The position numbers and the translations under genes were made by a program. Below the pieces are notes generated by a model. That model had not been told where the DNA came from and made no database searches. It saw nothing but the letters and a program-made list of their open reading frames with translations. Positions 58,801-64,000 of a stretch of DNA of 64,000 bases are shown here, piece by piece. Numbering within the stretch: the first letter of the stretch is position 1; the number at the start of each line of letters is the position of its first letter. This DNA comes from Macrostomum hystrix. Taxonomy: Eukaryota; Animalia; Platyhelminthes. The stretch covers positions 434,001-498,000 of the forward strand of contig CATNEN010000005.1 of assembly GCA_950097015.1 (NCBI GenBank), given 5' to 3'.

Positions 58801-59531
58801 AATTATTGAATATTGCAAGTATATGTAGTAGGGATGCCTTTATCAGTCCTTTTCTAAAATTCAAATTCGTACCTATGCTTTGTGTTTTAATGCTCTAAAC
58901 ATAGTTTATATGTAAAATATTACAAATATTCAATTGAATTCATTCACTTTAACAAACTTTTTGTGTATACAAATGATTGCAATTTCTGTGAGACAAATCA
59001 ATGCGCCAGTGTGGTGAAAAGCAAGTAAACTATTTGTTGAGTAAGAAAGTCAAAAGAGTGTTTAATTGCTGAGTTGGTTATTTTATGCCCTGACCCTCTA
59101 ATCCACAGAAAGCGCCTAGTGAATACTAATGTTCAAAGAGCTTTAGAGAGAGACTGCTTGTGCCAAGTGATCCGCTACCAATAGAAAGATAGAGTGATAA
59201 GCCCTGTTATATATAGTTGCTTGCCTATTCACAAACTAAAAAAGTACTTAGAATTAATTTCTCTTTTTTAGGTAACATCTTAGCAAAAAAGGAGAACATT
59301 ATGCTTAAACTATTCTACCAGCTTATTTCTTTCAAAGCATATTCACAAAAGTTTTTAGAAATTGTAGGCCTAGCTAGCCTCCTAGCTAGAAAGTTATAAT
59401 CTAAAAAGTGATGTCAGCCTTATTTAATTCTGTTGCTATTCAAATTATCAATTGAATATTTTAATTAAAATAAAACAAACCATTGTGATGCAGAAAAAGT
59501 TACTTACCAAACTTTCATTTCCATTCATCAT
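52859..59531 (-). CDS. Septin, SEPT6/8/10/11 group; exons 59531-59508, 58038-57807, 55934-55712, 54554-54437, 54347-54258, 53530-52859 (452 aa)
   Basis: [66 protein letters not shown] and a C-terminal coiled coil; all splice phases are consistent. Confidence 0.92.
53600..53826 (-). mobile_element. tRNA-derived SINE-like repeat in the last septin intron
   Basis: Minus-strand head GGTCTAACGCGTTTGCCTTTCGCACCAAAATCCCTGAGCTCGACTCCGG is tRNA-like with a near B-box; the body matches 60684-60836. The distal boundary is uncertain. Confidence 0.5.
53828..54220. repeat. 15-bp minisatellite TATGTAATGTAGGAT
   Basis: Tandem copies in a septin intron. Confidence 0.93.
54655..55645. repeat. 31-bp minisatellite GAGTGGAATCGACCGTAGCCACATTAGGGAT with a second interspersed monomer type (...CACAAAATAAAT)
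   Basis: Fills septin intron 54555-55711. Confidence 0.95.
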
Positions 59532-60540
59532 GGTAATAATTGCTAAATTTTTTTAAGTTGCCAAAGTAGCAAAATTCAGTTTTAGAGGAAACTTGCTATT
59601 AAAACATTTCTGAATAATCCAATAATATATAGAATATTTCCAAATATAGAAATTTATTCAATAGTATGACAGTTTACTTTAAGACATAAATTTCACAAGA
59701 TGGCAGAAGAAAAAGCTCAGAAAATGTTTTTCAGTTTTCTTGTTGTTAGGTTTGTAGGATCCGTAAACAGAATGATAGCTATAAACAAAAAGTCAAAAAA
59801 AGAGGCAAGAACTATGGCTGATGACGTTTTCAAAATTAGATTCAATAGAATATAAAGTTAATTTTTTGTGATGATAAGACTTACTGAACGTGAATGTTAA
59901 AGATATAAAAACTCGACTTAAATGAATGCTTTAAGCTTAACTATCTATCAAACTTCTTAAAAACTGAAACTTGTACTTAAAAAGATGTCGAAGACATATT
60001 AGAAAGCTAAACTTGTTTAAAAAAATTCGCTTGTTAAAAAAGCTAAAATTATAAACTGAATCGTTCTAAAGGAGAGTTAACTGCTGAATATATTTAGGTT
60101 TCTATGAAAACGAAATCTAAAGTATCGTGCACATAAATTGATCTGATAAATTTGTGCGTAATTTGTTTGACAAATAAGGTTAAACCTGAGGTTTAAACGC
60201 CGCATTCTAAAAGTCAATTAAAGCATTCAACGAATAAATGCTTATATTTTGTTCGGTGTTTTGAATTCCGATAGTATTTACATTTTCCCATAATCAGCAC
60301 AGAATGTTCTATATGCATAACACATTTGTTAAATAAACGAAAAAATGAATATAAAATATATTCATGAATAAAACTTTTTTGATTCGTTGAAGCAGCAAGA
60401 TATATTAAATGGATTGGATCTGCGTCCAATAAAAAGTTATCAACAATTTTAATGCGAAAAAGGGACAAGTTATGATCTCGCTAGTGAAATTCTAAGTGAA
60501 AATCTGCTTAACAAATTTTCCAAGAAACGTAGTGACCCGT

Positions 60541-60840
60541 CCTTCTTCTTCTAGTGGTTCATGCTCCACTGTTGGAGCATGAGCATGTACCATAGATATA
60601 GACTATGTCCATCAGGGACTACTAAATACTAAATAGGGTACTTTATAGTAGTCCCTGCATATTATATAGTGTCCATCGACTGCCCTGACTTTCTCATCGT
60701 CCAGGCAGTAGTTCGATTATGATGTGAACTCTCACCGCAAGCAGTGCCTTGGAGGTTCGGCGCTCTCAGAGGTTGTGAGTTGCACAACAAGCTCCCAAGC
60801 CTTCCCTTCGCGGCTGCGCTCACAAATGAATGTGGCACCC
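60541..60840 (-). mobile_element. Retroposon 3' region (SINE or RTE-like LINE tail), related to the 53660-53770 repeat
   Basis: Shared blocks CCTGACTTTCTCAT, GTGCCTTGGAGGTT and CGCGGCTGCGC...AATGTGGC; terminal stem-loop CATGCTCCA/TGGAGCATG (60560-60581) followed by (GAA)n on the minus strand. Confidence 0.45.
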
Positions 60841-61841
60841 CAGGCATGCATTTATATACTTTTCCCTAAGTACCTCAAATCCAACTGCCAACTGGCCTCA
60901 TTCTCCCTGTTGTAGCCCTTGAAGGTCCAGCAGTCCGTCTAGATAAATGTAGGCCACCACCTTGACCAAAAATTGTCAAGGGGGAATTCCCCTTGGTAGT
61001 TCTACGTACTGTTTACGTGTGGGTACTATCATGCAGTAGTGGGTGCATGCATGTGTTATATATACTAATTATATACGCTCGTTGGTTAGATGTACCGTCT
61101 GTGTTTTTTATTATGTCAAGGATTTGCTTGGAAATCGAAATACGGTAAAATAAAAATGCATAAAGGGCTATGTAACGTTTTAAATTGCCATGCAAGCACA
61201 AATTTAAATTGCTAATTTCAATATCCTAGTACCGCTTTAATTACCTGCACCCGCTTTTAATTTGCGAAAATTAACTTGTCTAAAATGTGTACTTTTATGT
61301 ATCAGATTAAACATTTGGTACAGGTTTTTATCTCATAAAATAAGTAAGTTAACTTACTTAATTTACTAACCACGTTATCACTAAATCATGACAATGAATT
61401 GCCTACTGATAGTAGGCATTTGTGCCGGTGATAAAAATATCGAAATTTGGTCAATCATACAAATATGAAGGCTTGAATATCTCTTCTGAAGCAAATTGTC
61501 ATAAATTTATCCTACAAAGCTGTATTTCTGCATACCAAAACTGCACAATGAGCAATCAATTTCCTCTCCTATTCCTCGAACTGTTTTCTTATATTCGCTT
61601 CTATCCCCATCCTGCAAATCCCAAAATCCCAGAGCGAAGTTCGAATTGGCTAGCTCCTTTGCCTATAAATATGATTGACAGCAAGGCGGCAAATTAAGTA
61701 TAGACTATATTTATAAATGAGCTGTGTGAGCTCAAAACTTGCCAGAATAAAATGGTTGAAGATTGAAACGGAAGAAATCATGTTGCCTTAATTTTGTTCA
61801 TTTTCTTGCCAACTGAACTTTTTGCTAATTTTATAGCGACA

Positions 61842-63349
61842 ATGACAGAGTTGCTTAGCAACAAGCAAGCCTGTGACGCTCATAGCTCCACTGATTCAAT
61901 GCCTTCTTCTAATGTGAGTAGTCATGCGACGCATTCTGAATGGGCCAATCTCGCTACTGTAATTGTGGATTCGCCATCTAGCGAATGCGATACAACCAGC
62001 GACTCGTCTAGCCTGCAAACTGAAGAACTGTACGGGGTGAGACTGCAGTCACAAAAACTCTTGTTGAACATTGTACACTGTGATTAATCAATCCAGTAGA
62101 TCCGCTTTCGCATTCGCTAATATAACTCGAGCAACAAGACACAGGATTAAGTAGAACAACCTGTTAGGCACAGGAATGAGTTGAACAACCTGTTAGACAC
62201 GGGATTGAGAACAACCTGTTAGACACGGGATTGAGTTGAACAACCTGTTAGACACGAGATTGAGAAGAACAACCTGTTAGACACAGGATTGAGTGTAACA
62301 ACCTGTTAGACGGTAGATGGAGTGGAACAACTTGTTAGGCACAGGATTGAGTAGAACAACCTGTTAGGACTGGTTAGACACAGGAGGATGAGGTAGACCC
62401 AGGAGGATTGGGTAGACACGGGAGGATTGGGTAGATACAGGATGATTGGGTAGAACACAGGAGGATTGGGTAGACACAGGATGATTGGGTAGACACAGGA
62501 GGATTGGGTAGACACAGGAGGATTGGGTAGACACAGGAGGATTGGGTAGACACAGGAGGATGGGGTAGACACAGAAGGATTGGGTAGACAGAAGGATTGG
62601 GTAGACACAGGAGGATGGGGTAGACACAGGATGATTGGGTAGACACGGGAGGATTGGGTAGACACAGGATGATTGGGTAGACACAGGAGGATTGGGTAGA
62701 CACAGGAGGATTGGGTAGACACAGGAGGATTGGGTAGACACAGGAGGATTGGGTAGACACAGATTGAGTTGTATATAACTTTTTATATAGAATTGCGTTA
62801 AACAACTGTTTAAACACAGGATTGAGTTATCTGTTGGATTATCTGATAGACAAAATATGATCGTAGAACAACTTGCTAAACATAGAAACATCTGTCTGAA
62901 CAATTATCAAGCAGGCCCAGCAGCAGCAGCAGCAGCAGCTAGTTCTAGCTTGTCTCAGAGCAAGAGCTAAAGGACTCAGACAGCTCCAATCACGACGCTT
63001 GACGTCAACAACATTCGAGTCGATTCCTGACGACCAATACGTCGGCAATCCGCAAGCAATTACATTCCTCGGTGTTTCATTGGTCACCGCTGTCTTCTTC
63101 AACTGCCTGCTGGGCGGCGTTGCAGTCTGCCTATCGTTGAGATCGCACACCTGGTACAGACGATCCGGCGCTGACGGACTCAAACCGATCGATAAATTAG
63201 CTCTGGACAGGGCTAAGACGCTTGGCTACGCCGCCTGTGGTGTCAGCTTGGTTTCCATCGCCGTGACGATGCTGTTTGTTGGGGCTCTGCTGACTTCTAT
63301 CGCTGCGGGCAGCGCTGATCGCTTCTTCGGTGGTGGACAAGTCGATTGA
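61842..63349 (+). CDS. CD225/dispanin (IFITM/PRRT/SynDIG-like) membrane protein; exons 61842-62036 and 62912(or 62915)-63349
   Basis: ATG after acceptor TTTATAG; phase-0 intron. Two hydrophobic segments, FLGVSLVTAVFFNCLLGGVAVCLSLRS and LGYAACGVSLVSIAVTMLFVGALL, are separated by a G...D..A..RAK loop, the dispanin layout. Confidence 0.6.
62150..62765. repeat. Two adjacent minisatellites (GAACAACCTGTTAGACAC-type and 19-bp GGGTAGACACAGGAGGATT) in the dispanin-like gene intron
   Basis: Tandem copies share the TAGACACAGGA core and grade from one type into the other. Confidence 0.88.
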
Positions 63350-63413
63350 GATGGTAGCTCGAACTAGGCGGCTGTTGACTTGTGGTTAGATCGTCGGACT
63401 TACGGCTTGAACC

Positions 63414-63599
63414 CAGTGGCGTTGCCAGGATTTTTTTTCTAGGGGGGGGGCGTCTCTTGGGGCGCCTCAACAAGGCGGGGTGCCATTATTCTACGAGAGC
63501 GCCATTATTCCACGGGGTGCCACTACATGCATCTACATCAGCCGACAGGGGGGAGGGGCACGGCCCCCTTAATTGCCCCCCTGCATGGATAAGCCCCTG
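63414..63599. mobile_element. Short MITE-like element with imperfect TIRs
   Basis: CAGTGGCGTTGCCAGG at the left and CATGGATAAGCCCCTG at the right; no TSD found. Confidence 0.3.
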
Positions 63600-64000
63600 C
63601 TTAGGCTTCTCTCCCCAGTCCATGGACTGAACTGCTGTACGCAGCCTTCACATGCGTGCGCAAGGATTTAGTGATCCGCGGCTGACCTAATTGAGACAGG
63701 TGTAATAATTTTTGTAATTTTACGATAATGGATATTTAGTAAAAATGTAGTATTGGAAAAATGCATCGTATGCGTTAACGTGAAATCTTCGAATTTGTTC
63801 TATCGATTAATAATTGATAAAGATTAGTAGATAAAACCATATTGTTAATTGGTTTTTTATCACTTAATTACTAGACCAAGTAAGTTTTACGATTGCTTAA
63901 AATCGTTAAAATTGTTTCCAAGAATGAAAACATTTTTGGATCAGTACGGCATCCAAACTCGATATTCTGTCAAATAAAATTATTAATAGCCTAGTAGGGC

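Overview
Eukaryotic (metazoan) genomic DNA with GT-AG introns. GC-rich exons and a different minisatellite in most introns resemble Macrostomum-type flatworm genomes; the organism is an inference. Host genes reconstructed by hand with phase-consistent exons: RTTN (3' part), COMMD3 and ATIC on +; UBL7 on -; a convergent pair of H3.3-type histone genes; CNOT9/RCD1 and a SEPT6-group septin on -; and a CD225/dispanin-like membrane protein on +. The centre (14607-34327) is a young, full-length Ty3/gypsy LTR retrotransposon with a GATC target duplication, near-identical LTRs and a -1 frameshifted gag-pol. It carries a non-env third ORF behind an internal E2F/CCAAT/TATA promoter-like module. An 11.1-kb CMC-EnSpm/CACTA-type DNA transposon is nested in its 3' LTR and encodes an intact transposase plus a 7-exon gene with a BEN-like C-terminal domain. 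Several MITEs, SINE-like and Helitron-like fragments and satellite arrays are also present. The strongest leads are the retrotransposon ORF3/internal promoter module, the H3.3 variant whose diagnostic residues appear protected from gene conversion, and the EnSpm BEN-like protein with palindromic AATGCATT subterminal sites. All protein assignments come from remembered family motifs; no database search was run.
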